A DNA stretch of 63,324 nucleotides, counting the filler, from Octopus bimaculoides (taxonomy: Eukaryota): assembly GCF_001194135.2 (NCBI RefSeq). It is 6 parts of 5 records of this genome, joined end to end, with 100 filler letters (N's around TTAATTAATTAA, not from the genome) between each part and the next. Parts side by side here need not be neighbours in the genome. Positions count along the whole stretch, not along the records: positions 9,739 to 36,317 come from NC_068987.1; 5 more parts are not named here. One strand, written 5' to 3'. This document shows positions 13,578 to 24,837 of this stretch, piece after piece (position 1 is the first letter of the stretch; the number at the start of each line of letters is the position of its first letter). The notes under the pieces are model-generated. The model did no database searches, was not told the DNA's origin, and saw nothing but the letters and a program-made list of their open reading frames with translations. The translations under genes and the position numbers were made by a program.

Positions 13578-14452
13578 TAAATACTAAAATAAATTCTTAC
13601 TCATATTTATTAATATAATTATTATATTTTAACATAACCTCAACATCTTTCTCTGAGTTTCCACGGCACCACCAGATGCACTTGTTTCTTACTGAAGTGC
13701 ATACAACATTGTCTTTTGTGGTTTTAGAATTGTGACTTACTGGCATCATTATTATCTAATGTCCAATTTCTATCCTGGCATGAATGGAACTGTTTAAGGG
13801 GAACCAGAGACCTGTGTTGAGCGCCAGTGTCACATTTAGCATGATTTCTACTTAATGGGTTTGTTAGGTTCCTTCAGATGTTACTTTAATTGTTCATCTG
13901 TTTGTTGTGCAGAATATATGCCTTGGGAGTTGCGTTATGTGAGTTATATTGAGCTTTGGGTGTTGTGTGGCAATTGTGCAAAATATGAGACTGTGTAGTT
14001 CATGTTATATTACTGGAAGGCACATGTGTAGAATACAAGATGCAAGGGTGTAGGCAATGGCATGTGGGGTGGGCTATAATACTGATATTATAATAATCAG
14101 TATCGTATAACCACAGATTGTTACTTTGGTTTTGTTTGCAATATATTATGGGCAAAAGATATTTCAATTTACCCACAAGCTTCATGGCAATAAATCTAAG
14201 TTCATATGTAGAGAAATAGTAGATTTAAAGTTCTACATTGCAAATATCAACAAGGCGTTATAAGGCACATATGTCAACCATTTTAAACAAGCAATTGGAA
14301 GTCAATGTTATAATTTTTTTTTTATAAAAGAGCAAAGCCCCACAGCAGAATAAATATTTCACAACACTAATTCAATTTCCCTCAAAAGTTGAGATCTCAT
14401 AATATCTGTTATCACAGATATATAAGGTTTGATGGACTATTGTGGCTACACA

Positions 14453-14575
14453 CTAGTTGCTTTTCTTCTTTAGTTCACTATCCAGTTCTTTCATGATGCG
14501 TAAGACAAGCTCATCTTCAAATGCTGGAGCAGCAACCTGGATATTGACTGGGAGTCCAACACTGCCTGGAATTGA
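14453..14575 (-). CDS. FAAH: FAAH-like terminal exon, distal duplicate copy (A)
   Basis: Identical acceptor cttgtttctttgcag|TCA...AAC TAG; SIPGSVGLPVNIQVAAPAFEDELVLRIMKELDSELKKKSN*; ORF intact. Confidence 0.82.
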   Translation of the reverse strand, partial: SIPGSVGLPVNIQVAAPAFEDELVLRIMKELDSELKKKSN

Positions 14576-17120
14576 CTGCAAAGAAACAAGACATATATAT
14601 TTAGAATTGTCAGAGTAGATGTCATGGAAGAATCGTTGTCTGCAAAGCTTAAGATGACTCAGACTACAAAGTCATGAATTTTAAACTTCACTACATTCTT
14701 TGTCGTGATATGTTGTTCTTCTTACTTCCTTATAGAAAGTAAATAATCATTATTTAATGTGATTGTGCTAATACATTAGGCAAATTAAGATTATATTATT
14801 TCCCAAATTATTAACCCACTTCTTTAGAACATACATCGATTTCAAATTTTGGCACAAGGCCAGCAACTTTGTGGGAGAGGAAAGTTGATTACATCAACCC
14901 CAGTGCCCAACTGGAGCTTATTTCATTAATCCGGAAAGGATGAAAAGCAAAGTCAACCTCAATGAAATTTGAACTCAGGACATACAGACAGACAAAATGC
15001 CACTAAGCATTTTTCCCAACATGCTAACAATTCTACCAGCTCACCATCTTCTTTAGAACATATATTGGCAATATTAATAACTGTGCTGTATTTTGATCTG
15101 TTCATCATTGAGTGATCACACAAACCAAAATGCCATGTAAAATATAAATATGGTAGATATCTATAAAAAATAGCTTTGTTGCTTAACATATGACTAATAT
15201 GATATCAGATATTGTTGTGTGATTAAAAAATTGGTTTCCCATCCCTCTGGTTTCAGGTTTGAACCTACTTGCATAATATGGCAACTTGGAAAGTGTCTTC
15301 TGCTATAGCCTTGTGTTTTCTGATGTCTTTTAAATGAAACACAATATACAAAACTTTGTGAAAGGCTGCCTAACGCCACTTACCTATCTGTCATTCTCCT
15401 CTCATACTCTTATGAAATTATGCCTCCTTTCCTCCTCCCATGATCCATAGTCCATGTTCTCTCTTACTCTCACCTTCTTGTACCTTAAGAATATACTCTG
15501 GCACCTTATCCCCACCATCATTATCTGTTTTCCAGTTACTCCTACCCATCATTATATTCTCCCGCTATCATACATTGGCCTTCAACACCAGGCAGAAAGC
15601 CAGCTCCCCACCTCTCTTTCAAATACACACCCACTCGGTCAAAGGGGTTTTTCTCTCCCTTTTCTTTTTTTTACTTTGTCCAGCAAGTTTGAGGGAGGAG
15701 ATAAGTCAATTACATCGACCCTGGTGTTCAACTGGTACTTACATTAAAGGATGATACACAAAGCCAACCTTGGCGGAATTTGAGCTCAGCTAAGCATTTT
15801 GCCCGGCCCCCTGACAGTTCTGCCAGCTTGCTGCTCTCATTTAAAAGCTAATATTAATACACTTTCAATTAATTGTTGTCAGGATGTAAAAAGAAGAAAT
15901 CAAAATTATAAAACAAAGTAAAAATGATATATGTGAATGATATTGACAAAGATAAAGGATTTTATGTTATTTTTGAAATTTTCCTGGATTATGGTGTCAC
16001 TGTAATCTCTTCAATTACTTCTGTCCAAACTGGGCCCATAAACACCACAACTTCATTGCTCTGTTCATTGACCACTTCAGTTATCTTGTTTTTTGCTTGC
16101 TTCAGTCATTTGGCTGCAGTCATACTGGAGCACCGTCTTGAAAAGTTGTCAAGCAAATCTATCTCAGTACTTGTTTTTGAATTTGGCACACGTTCTATCG
16201 CCCTCTTTTACTGAATGACTTAATTTGGTATCGATCTAAATTTAAGAAACCTAAGAAAAGATATCCCTCTCTGGCTCTTTCCCTGTTGTGAATTAAACGT
16301 TGCAAGCAGATCATTCAAAGTAGCCTACAATATAGACCTTTCTTAAACCTTAAGTTAATACACAATGAAAGTCATAAGCAGTAGTGTCTGAAGCCATGAG
16401 CACTCTGAGCAGTTGCACCGAGTCCTCACAGGTCTAGGGACCCAATTCTAATGTATGCATGCTGCAGCTTTCTGTCAATGAATACATAACTATAGGGCCC
16501 AGTGCAGCCTATAATCTTGCTAAGACAACCCTGATTATAGGTACTCTGCTGTTGAGCGATGGAAGTGTTAACAATAAACCAATCTTGTTTAAAACATGAA
16601 TGCATTTAGTTGGTTGAATAAATCTTCTAATTTTTACAGATTAAAAATTACACAGGACTCAGAGAAGTATCAGTTCCCAGCTTTTAGTATAACATTCTTG
16701 TTGACTGTTTTGTCAATGTTGAAATAAATGTTAACGTTTAAATTTGTGGTCATGTGACATCCAAAGCATAAACATCCTTGTCTGTGATGGTCTCTTCTAA
16801 TAGGGATTAGCAGAGGTTGTGATATGAAAACGTATATATAGAAAGAAATGCAGTGAACTTTTGTAGATATTATCCTACAACATGGTGGTTGTAACAGACC
16901 TTTTTAGTTTCTCTGAATCTCTCTATTGTTTTTGAGAGTTTTTTTTTAATAAAAGAAGCTGCCCTTTCCATTACTCTCCACTCAGAATCAAATATGTGTC
17001 TAACAATATTTTTTAATGAAATAATATATTGCAATTAACTGTTAAGATTTAATGGAAGTAATTTTTTGGCATTATAAGCACAAATTTCTGCCATTAGTAG
17101 AATGACCTCCCCTGCTAGTG

Positions 17121-19274
17121 CTACTTTGCTTACAGTAGCATTTTATTTTCAGACAACATTTCAGATGAAATGATGTAATGATATCCAGAATGAACTGTAA
17201 TGAATATCAATAAGCTAAATACTAAAATAAATTCTTACTCATATTTATTAATATAATTATTATATTTTATCATATTCTCAACATCTTTCTCTGAGTTTCC
17301 ACTGCACCACCAGATGCACTTGTGTCTTACTGAAGTGCATACAACATTGTTTTTTGAGGTTTTAGAATTTTGACTTATCGGCATCATCATTATCTAATGT
17401 CCAATTTCTATGCTGGCATGTATGGAACGGTTTGAGAGGGAACCAGAGACTTGCAGGGCTGTGGGAAGCTCCTGTGTCACCTTTTGTATAATTTCAACTT
17501 ACAGGGTTTATTAAGTTCCTTCACATGTTACTTTACCTATTCATCTGTTTGTTGTGTAGAATATGTGCTTTGGGTGTTGTGTGGTGACTGTATCACATAT
17601 GTGTGTTGTGTGAGTTCTGTTATGTGTTTTAATGTCACGTGTTGATTGTGCAGAATATGTGACTGTGTAGTTCATGTTATATTATTGGAAGGCACATGCA
17701 TAGAATATGAGATAATGAGATGTAGGCAATGGTGTGTGAGGTGGGCTATAATACTGATATTATAATAATCAGTATTGTATATCCAAAGTTTGTTTCTTTG
17801 GTTTTTTTGCAATATGTTATGAGCAAAATATATTTTAATTCACCTACAAGCTGCATGGCAATAAATTTAGGTCCATATGTGAAGAAATAATGATTTTAAA
17901 GTTCTACATTGCAAATATTAACAAGGCATTGCAAGGCACATATGTCAACCATTTTAAACAAACAATAGGAAGTCAATGTTTTTATTTTTTTATATAAAAG
18001 ACCAATGCCCCACAGCAGAATAAATATTTCACAACACCAATTCACTTTTCCTCAAAAGTTGAGATCTTGTGATATTTGTTATCGCAGATTTCTAAGCCTT
18101 GACGTACTATCGTGGCTACACGCTAGTTGATTTCATCTTTAGTTCACTATCTATTTCTTTCATGACGCGTAAGGCAAGCTCATCCTTATATATAGGAGCA
18201 ACAACTTGAACATTGACTGGAAGTCCAACACTGCCTGGAATTGACTGCAAAGAAACAAGACATATATATTTGGAATTGCCAAAGGATGTTATGGAAGAAT
18301 CGTTGTCTGCAAAGTTTAAGATGACTCAGACTACAAAGTCATGAATTTAAACTTCACTACATTCTTTGTCGTGATATGTTGTTCTTCTTACTTCCTTATA
18401 GAAAGTAAATAATCATTATTTAATGTGATTGTGCTAATACATTAGGCAAATTAAGATTATATTATTTCCCCATCTTTAGAACATACATCGATTTCAAATT
18501 TTGGCACAAGGCCAGCAACTTTGTGGGAGAGGAAAGTTGATTACATCAACCCCAGTGCCCAACTGGAGCTTATTTCATTAATCCGGAAAGGATGAAAAGC
18601 AAAGTCAACCTCAATGAAATTTGAACTCAGGACATACAGACAGACAAAATGCCACTAAGTATTTTTCCCAACATGCTAACAATTCTACCAGCTCACCACT
18701 TTCTTTAGAACATATATTGGCAATATTAATAACTGTGCTGTATTTTGATCTGTTCATCATTGAGTGAACAGACAAACCAAAATGCCATGTAAAATATAAA
18801 TATGGTAAATATCTACAAAAAATAGCTTTGTTGCTTAACATATGACTAATATGATATCAGATATTGTTGTGTGATTAAAAAATTGGTTTCCCATCCCTGT
18901 AGTATCCGGTTTGAACCTGATAATATGAACTTGCATAATATGGCAACTTAGCAAGTGTCTTCTGCCATAGCCTTGTGTTTTCTGATGTCTTTTAAATGAA
19001 ACTCAATATACAAAACTTTGTGAAAGACTGCCTACCCCCACCTACCTATTTGTCATTCTCCTCTCATACTCTTATGAAATTATGCCTCCTTTCCTTCTCC
19101 CATAATCCATTGTCCACGAATCTCCACTATAGTAAGACACCTACGCTTCTCCCTCTATCGTTCGTTAGTCTTCAACACCGGACAGAAAGCCATTTCTCCC
19201 TTCTCTCAAATACACTCCCACTCGGTCAAGGGGGTTTTTCTCTCCATTTTCTTTCTTTACTTTGTCTAGCAAGT
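17121..19274. repeat. Local duplication copy B
   Basis: Direct-repeat partner of 13221-15688; starts ctactttgcttacagtagc and ends ttactttgtctagcaagt. Confidence 0.92.
18116..18244 (-). CDS. FAAH: FAAH-like terminal exon, proximal copy (B)
   Basis: cttgtttctttgcag|TCA...GTG TAG; SIPGSVGLPVNVQVVAPIYKDELALRVMKEIDSELKMKSTSV*; GLPVxVQ...DELxLR amidase C-terminal motif. Confidence 0.88.
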   Translation of the reverse strand, partial: SIPGSVGLPVNVQVVAPIYKDELALRVMKEIDSELKMKSTSV

Positions 19275-19670
19275 CACTTGGTGACCTTACAAGTTTCTGT
19301 GTCATGGAGACAGCACCCAGTACACACTGTAGAATGTAAGTATTGTTTTTAAATAAATTTACAAATGTACATTAAATGAAGAATAGATAAACACACCAAG
19401 ACTAAAATGTAATGTTTATGAAAATGTTCAAATCCAAATATATTTGCAAACTTACATGTGTGCATGCATACCCATGCATGCATCTGTACTTGTATCAGCA
19501 AAGATATACATGTTGGCATATGTCTTTCGCTAATACATGATATACTGCTCACATGATTAAAAATGCAGTGAACCTGTGTCAGGCCTATCAGAGGCTGATG
19601 ATCATCATTGCTGTTGCTCACAAAATAAATGAAATAAAACAAAAGTAGTAAAAAGAAGGATATAACCTAC

Positions 19671-19804
19671 GCCTTTCAAACAGAACTCAGGCAGTGTCCT
19701 GGCATTGTATTTCTCGTTCACATCTTCTTCCGACACCTTGGTAATGGGCATAGACACAACAGGGTAATTCAACAGATTGTAGAGAAGAGGGTAAGAGGGA
19801 AATC
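19671..19804 (-). CDS. FAAH: FAAH-like exon (exon 14 equivalent)
   Basis: ttcttgacag|GA TTT...GGC|gtaggt; 134 bp; FPSYPLLYNLLNYPVVSMPITKVSEEDVNEKYNARTLPEFCLKG, compare SYTxLYNxLDFPAGVVPVT. Confidence 0.92.
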
Positions 19805-20953
19805 CTGTCAAGAAAGTAATAGAGATAGAGAAATTATAGTTGTTGCTGTTATTGTTGTTACTGCCGCTGCTGTTGCTGTTGTTGTTGTTGTTGTTGTTGT
19901 TTTATCCAGGGGTCAATCCTTACCAAGTAGCTCTCTGACCAAAGACATATCTTTCTTTTGGTTTTATCCCTTCTTTTGTTTGTTTCAGTTATTAGACTGC
20001 TGCCATGCTGCAGCACCTCCTTGAAGAGTTTTTAGTTGAATGAACCGATTCCAGTACTTACGGTTTTTTTCCTCTTTTTTGTCTTTTGTTTTTTTAAAGC
20101 CTGGAACTTATTCTATCAGGTCCCTTTGCCAAACTGCTAAGTTACAGAGACATAAACACACCAACACCAATTATAAACACAGGTTGAGGACAAATACAGA
20201 CACATGCACGCACACACACACACACACACACACACATATGTACAACAGGCTTCTTTCAGTTTCTGTCTATCAGATCTACTCACAAAACTTTGGTCAGCCC
20301 AAGGCTATAGTAGAAGACACTTTCCCAAGGTGCTACACAATGAGACTGATTCCTGAACCCTGAATCATGTAGTTTGGAAGCAAACTTTTTGCAACACACT
20401 CATACACATTTTTTGTTTTGTTTCCTCCACAATCACATGGTTCCAGGTTCAGTCCCACTGCATGACACCTTGGGTAAGTATCTTCTACTATAGCTCCAGG
20501 TCAACCAAAGCCATGTCAGTAGATTTGGTACATGGAAAGTGAAAGAAGCCCATCATTTGTCTGTATGTGTATGTGTGTCAGTATATGTACATATGTGTGT
20601 GTGTATGCATATGTGCGTGTGACTGTGTGTGCATACACATGTGAGTGTGCATGCACACACACACACTAGTGTGTGTGTGTATCTCTGTGAATGTGTTTGT
20701 ATTTATCCCCCATCACTGCTTGACAACTAAGTGGTTTGGCAAAAGAGACTGATAGAATAAGGCACCACGCTTTGTAAAATAAGTACTGGAGACCAATTTG
20801 TATTAGTAAAACCCCCCAAGGTGGTGCCCAGCAAGGCCCCAGTCCAATGATTGAAACAAGTAAAAGATAAAAGATTACATTCTTAGTTCACAAGAAATTT
20901 TTTTTTTTTTTGAAATGTTCAATTCAGATTGATTTAAAATAATATGGACTTAC

Positions 20954-21062
20954 TTCCGAAGTTTGGACAGCTTATCAAAAATGATGGTGAAGCCATGACA
21001 GGGCAGATGAGAGCATCCAGTTTATCATTTTGCATAGCGTTAGCAAATTCCTCATTATATTT
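20954..21062 (-). CDS. FAAH: FAAH-like exon (exon 13 equivalent)
   Basis: tatgtttcag|AAA...GGA A|gtaagt; 109 bp; KYNEEFANAMQNDKLDALICPVMASPSFLISCPNFG(R), with the amidase LDALICP motif. Confidence 0.93.
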
Positions 21063-21169
21063 CTGAAACATAAGAGAAGAGCCAACAATAACTAGTGATT
21101 CTAACCTGCATGTTTTTGAGTTTAATCTGGCAATATCTGGCCAAAATATCCTTACTGCAAACCATACTA

Positions 21170-21470
21170 CACAAACGAAATTACATAGAACTACTTTAAA
21201 TGTACATGTTGAGCCCTCACAAACAAGAATACTAAAAATGAACTCAACTGCTCACAAAAAAAGTTAAAAAACTGGAAAAATAATCCAGAATTCTTGTCCG
21301 GTGCCAGATCAATCCCAAAATCAAATCTCAGTTTGCGCCAGTCATGAGGCCAAACATCCCTGAAAGTTTCATTTGAATCCATCCACCAGTTCTTGAGACA
21401 TCTTGTCTACAGGCAAACAAACAAACACAACTGAAAACAATATCTCCACCTTTGCTAAGGCAGAGGTAAT
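21170..21470 (+). mobile_element. Helitron/Helentron-like short non-autonomous element
   Basis: aataatccagaat...catccctgaaagtttcat...ttcttgagacatcttgt shared with about 29600-29775; (CAAA)n run and terminal hairpin ctccacct..gcagagg. A different (GTCT)n-led fragment lies at 36066-36317. Confidence 0.5.
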
Positions 21471-21776
21471 AAAGGAATTTCAACTTACCCTATTTTAACG
21501 AGTAAGAACCCTTTTTTGTCAAAAATTAGGTTTAAAAAATATGGGAGTTTCTTATACATGGATAGTATCATAATCCCTTACAAAACCTTTTTTCCAAATT
21601 TTAAGCCAAAAAAATTGGGGGATTTCTTATACATGAGGGTTCCTTATACACATTAAAATATGGTAACTTTTTTACAATAATATTTTTGTGGACAAAATGA
21701 GTCTTTCAACTATGACATAGAAAAGTTAACTAGAACTATTTCAGCTACAAAAGAAGAATATGTTAAAGTGACTCAC

Positions 21777-21816
21777 TTCTTTCTCATTGACCAAGTTATA
21801 TATGTCACGATAATTC
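21777..21816 (-). CDS. FAAH: FAAH-like exon (exon 12 equivalent)
   Basis: tttaattccag|G AAT...GAA|gtgagt; 40 bp; NYRDIYNLVNEKE. Confidence 0.88.
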
Positions 21817-22202
21817 CTGGAATTAAAAACAGGGAGAAAATATTCAAATATTTTATTACTACCAAGCTTAAATTTGTCAAAGAAAACAATTCTATACAGT
21901 AAGCTCTCTCACATCCAACACCACTGGGACCAGAGTATTGCTGAATAACTGAATTTTCAGGATATCTGATCATCACTTTTTACATTGCCATAGTACCTTA
22001 AAAAATTCTATATTCACATCATAATATATCTAATTAACAAGTAACAGGTCAAATCATGATGAAAATTTTTGACAGGTGCAGGTGTAGCTGTGTGGTAAGA
22101 AGCTTGCTTCCCAACCACATAGTTCCGGGTTCAGTCTTATTGAGTGGTGCTTTGGACAAGTGTCTTCTACTAGAGCNNNNNNNNNNNNNNNNNNNNNNNN
22201 NN

Positions 22203-22233
<31 letters not shown>

Positions 22234-22512
22234 TGTGTGTGTCTTTGTGTCTGTGTTTGCCCTACCATCATTGTTTGACAACTGATGTTGTATTTACATC
22301 CTCGCAACTTAACAGTTCACCAAAAGAGACCAATAGAATAAGTACCAGGCTTACAAAGAATAAGTCCTGAGGCCAATTTCTGCAACTAAAAACACTTTAA
22401 GGTGGTGCTCCAGCACGGCCGCAGTCAAATGACTGAAACAAGTAACAGAATAACATTGTTGTTATCAGTAATATCCTAAACATAGCAGAGAAATAGTAAA
22501 GAAAAGGTTTTA

Positions 22513-22744
22513 TTAATCCTTTAGCATTGAGATTTCTCTGTCAAATAAATGTAATGCTTATTTATTCACATCAATTTGAAATAGTCAAGCATTATCTTGT
22601 AGTTCTAAGATTTCAATGATGTGATTGTTTATTTGTAAAATAATATTGTAAGGGATGTGTGAGAGGTTGGATCTGCCCAGTTTGAAAATAAGACAGGGAG
22701 ATTATTTTGGCTGGATATGGCCAGTTTAAATACTAGAATGTTAA
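22513..22744. mobile_element. piggyBac-like MITE with TTAA at both ends
   Basis: ttaa-tcctttagcatt ... aaatactagaatg-ttaa; reverse-oriented partial copy at 32867-33060 begins ttaaccctttag. Confidence 0.6.
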
Positions 22745-23037
22745 CCTAATAAAATACAGATGCAAATGCAGTAAAATACAATACTGTAACAGTAGAAATT
22801 TTCTTTTTAAGACAATTAATTAATCAAAACAAATTAGCACAAATTGTTTTCCTTTTTTTTCTTTTTTTTGCTGAGTGCCAGTTGCTTGAGAGCTCCAATT
22901 ATTTGAGTAACAGATAGGAGGGAGTGTACTGTATAAAAATTAGTGAATAAAGCAAAATACAGACCATGAAATAGACAGATAGAAAATTTAAAAAAGCAAG
23001 TGGGGAGAGAAAAAAAACAAAACTAGTTCACACTCAC

Positions 23038-23081
23038 CGCAATCCATCCATTGTACGAATGATCCGAGACGATACTTTGTC
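23038..23081 (-). CDS. FAAH: FAAH-like exon (exon 11 equivalent)
   Basis: ctattttgtag|GAC...TTG CG|gtgagt; 44 bp; DKVSSRIIRTMDGL(R). Confidence 0.85.
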
Positions 23082-23729
23082 CTACAAAATAGTGGAAATA
23101 ATTTGAAGAAATATAGAAAAAAACTAAAAGTAATAATGAGAAGAGAAATGAGTTTTTCAATGAACAATTTGTTTCAATTTCATATAATTTATATTCTTTT
23201 ATTCTTTTACTTGTCTCAGTCATTTGACTGCAGCCATGCTGGAGCACCATCTTAAAGGGTTTTTGGTTGAAACAGTCAACCCCCAAGACTTAATCTTTGT
23301 AAGCCTAGTACTTATTCTATTGGTCTCTTTTGCCAAACTGCTAAGTTACAGAGACATAAACACACCAGTTGTTGGGCACTGATGGCAGGGTCAAACCCAC
23401 TAGCATGGAAAATGCATGTTAAATGCTGGTGGTGGTGGTGGTGGTGGGTGAGGATGGTAATGAAGATGATGATGATGACAACGATGATGATGATGATGAT
23501 GACAATGATGATGATGATGACAATGATGATGATGATGACAATGATGATGATGATGACAATGATGATGATGATGACAATGATGATGATGCACATAGTGCAG
23601 AATTGAACTCAAAATGTAACAGCAAATGAAATACCATTAGTATTTCTCCCGGCGTGCTAACAATTCTGCCAGCTCACCACCTTCTATTAAGATATTAGTA
23701 TTAAGATATTATATTAAGATATTACTTAC

Positions 23730-23817
23730 AAAAGGGTAAGCAAACCATGCGATAATTCTGTTAAAACCTTCAAAGGTTCTTGCAAAGAACATCTCTTTAC
23801 ATGGTTTCTCATGTTTT
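23730..23817 (-). CDS. FAAH: FAAH-like exon (exon 10 equivalent, membrane-cap region)
   Basis: ttttcttcag|A AAA...TTT|gtaagt; 88 bp; KHEKPCKEMFFARTFEGFNRIIAWFAYPF; phases match both neighbours. Confidence 0.85.
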
Positions 23818-24249
23818 CTGAAGAAAAAAAAGCAAGAAAGAGAGATATATATATATAACATTATATAGTACAATTTTAAAATACAACTTACAAACTGGTT
23901 AGCTTTCTCTTTCTTTTTATCAAACAGAAACTGAAAGAATGTTTTAAACAGGGATGCAGGTAAGGCCACAGCACTGAGAAGCTAGCTTCCTTACAGCAAA
24001 TGCCATTTACCAAAACATCAAGGTGACCAATGATTTCTGAGTGAAGTTTGGTAGTCAGAAACTGTGCAGAAGTCATGTGCACATGTATGTACACACATAC
24101 ACACACAATCATCATCATCATCATCATCATAAAAAGCATTGGTGCTGGTACCACATATAAAACACTAGTGCTGGTATCATGTAAAAAGCACCAAGTACAT
24201 TCTGTAAAGCAGTTGGCATTAGGAATGATGATGAGGATGTTGATGATGA

Positions 24250-24297
<48 letters not shown>

Positions 24298-24605
24298 ATT
24301 GGTGGTTTTGGGTGATTACAATCCTTGTGACTATATACACACACACAATTATGTGCTTTTCCTACAGCATTAGAGCATTTTAGCTCTTATTTCTAGCAAT
24401 GTAGGTGCTCTGACACCCTTGATCGCATTTAGTGACAATTATATTTTTCCTTTATAGTAACACATTGCACATGGCTGTTTATATTAACATATACATATAT
24501 ATGTATATGTATACATTTACATAATGTCTATGCATATACACACACACATACACGCATGCACACACATACGCATGCACACACACATGCACGCACACACACA
24601 CAAAA

Positions 24606-24837
24606 GGCGGCGAGCTGGCAGAAACGTTAGCACGCCGGGCGAAATGCTTAGCAGTATTTCGTCTGCCGCTACGTTCCGAGTTCAAATTCCGCCGAGGTCG
24701 ACTTTGCCTTTCATCCTTTCTGGGTCGATTAAATAAGTACCAGTTACGCACTGGGGTCGATATAATCGACTTAATCCGTTTGTCTATCTTTGTTTGTCCC
24801 CTCTGTGTGTAGCCCCTTGTGGGTAGTAAAGAAATAA
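24606..24837 (+). mobile_element. SINE family A, near full-length, inside a (CA)n tract
   Basis: ggcggcgagctggcagaaacgttagc...gagttcaaattcc...gtaaagaaataa; other copies at about 7122-7311 (+), 27882-28105 (-), 14835-15047 (-), 18485-18700 (-), 34635-34830 (+) and 34890-35070 (+). Confidence 0.85.

Larger units (their letters stand above)
13221..15688. repeat. Local duplication copy A (terminal exon, 3' flank and part of the last intron)
   Basis: Collinear with 17121-19274 from ctaactctgcttacagtagc to ttactttgtccagcaagt; carries an extra SINE at 13320-13577. Confidence 0.92.

Noticed and set aside
23400-23637. Poly-His, poly-Asp and poly-Met ORFs
   Set aside because: (GAT)n tail of an RTE-like 3' end inside an intron.
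23892-23990. Exon-like segment ending at a strong gtaagt donor 74 nt upstream of the exon 10 equivalent
   Set aside because: No acceptor gives the required phase 0-to-2 exon with FAAH similarity, and 27094-27185 fits far better. At most a cryptic donor.
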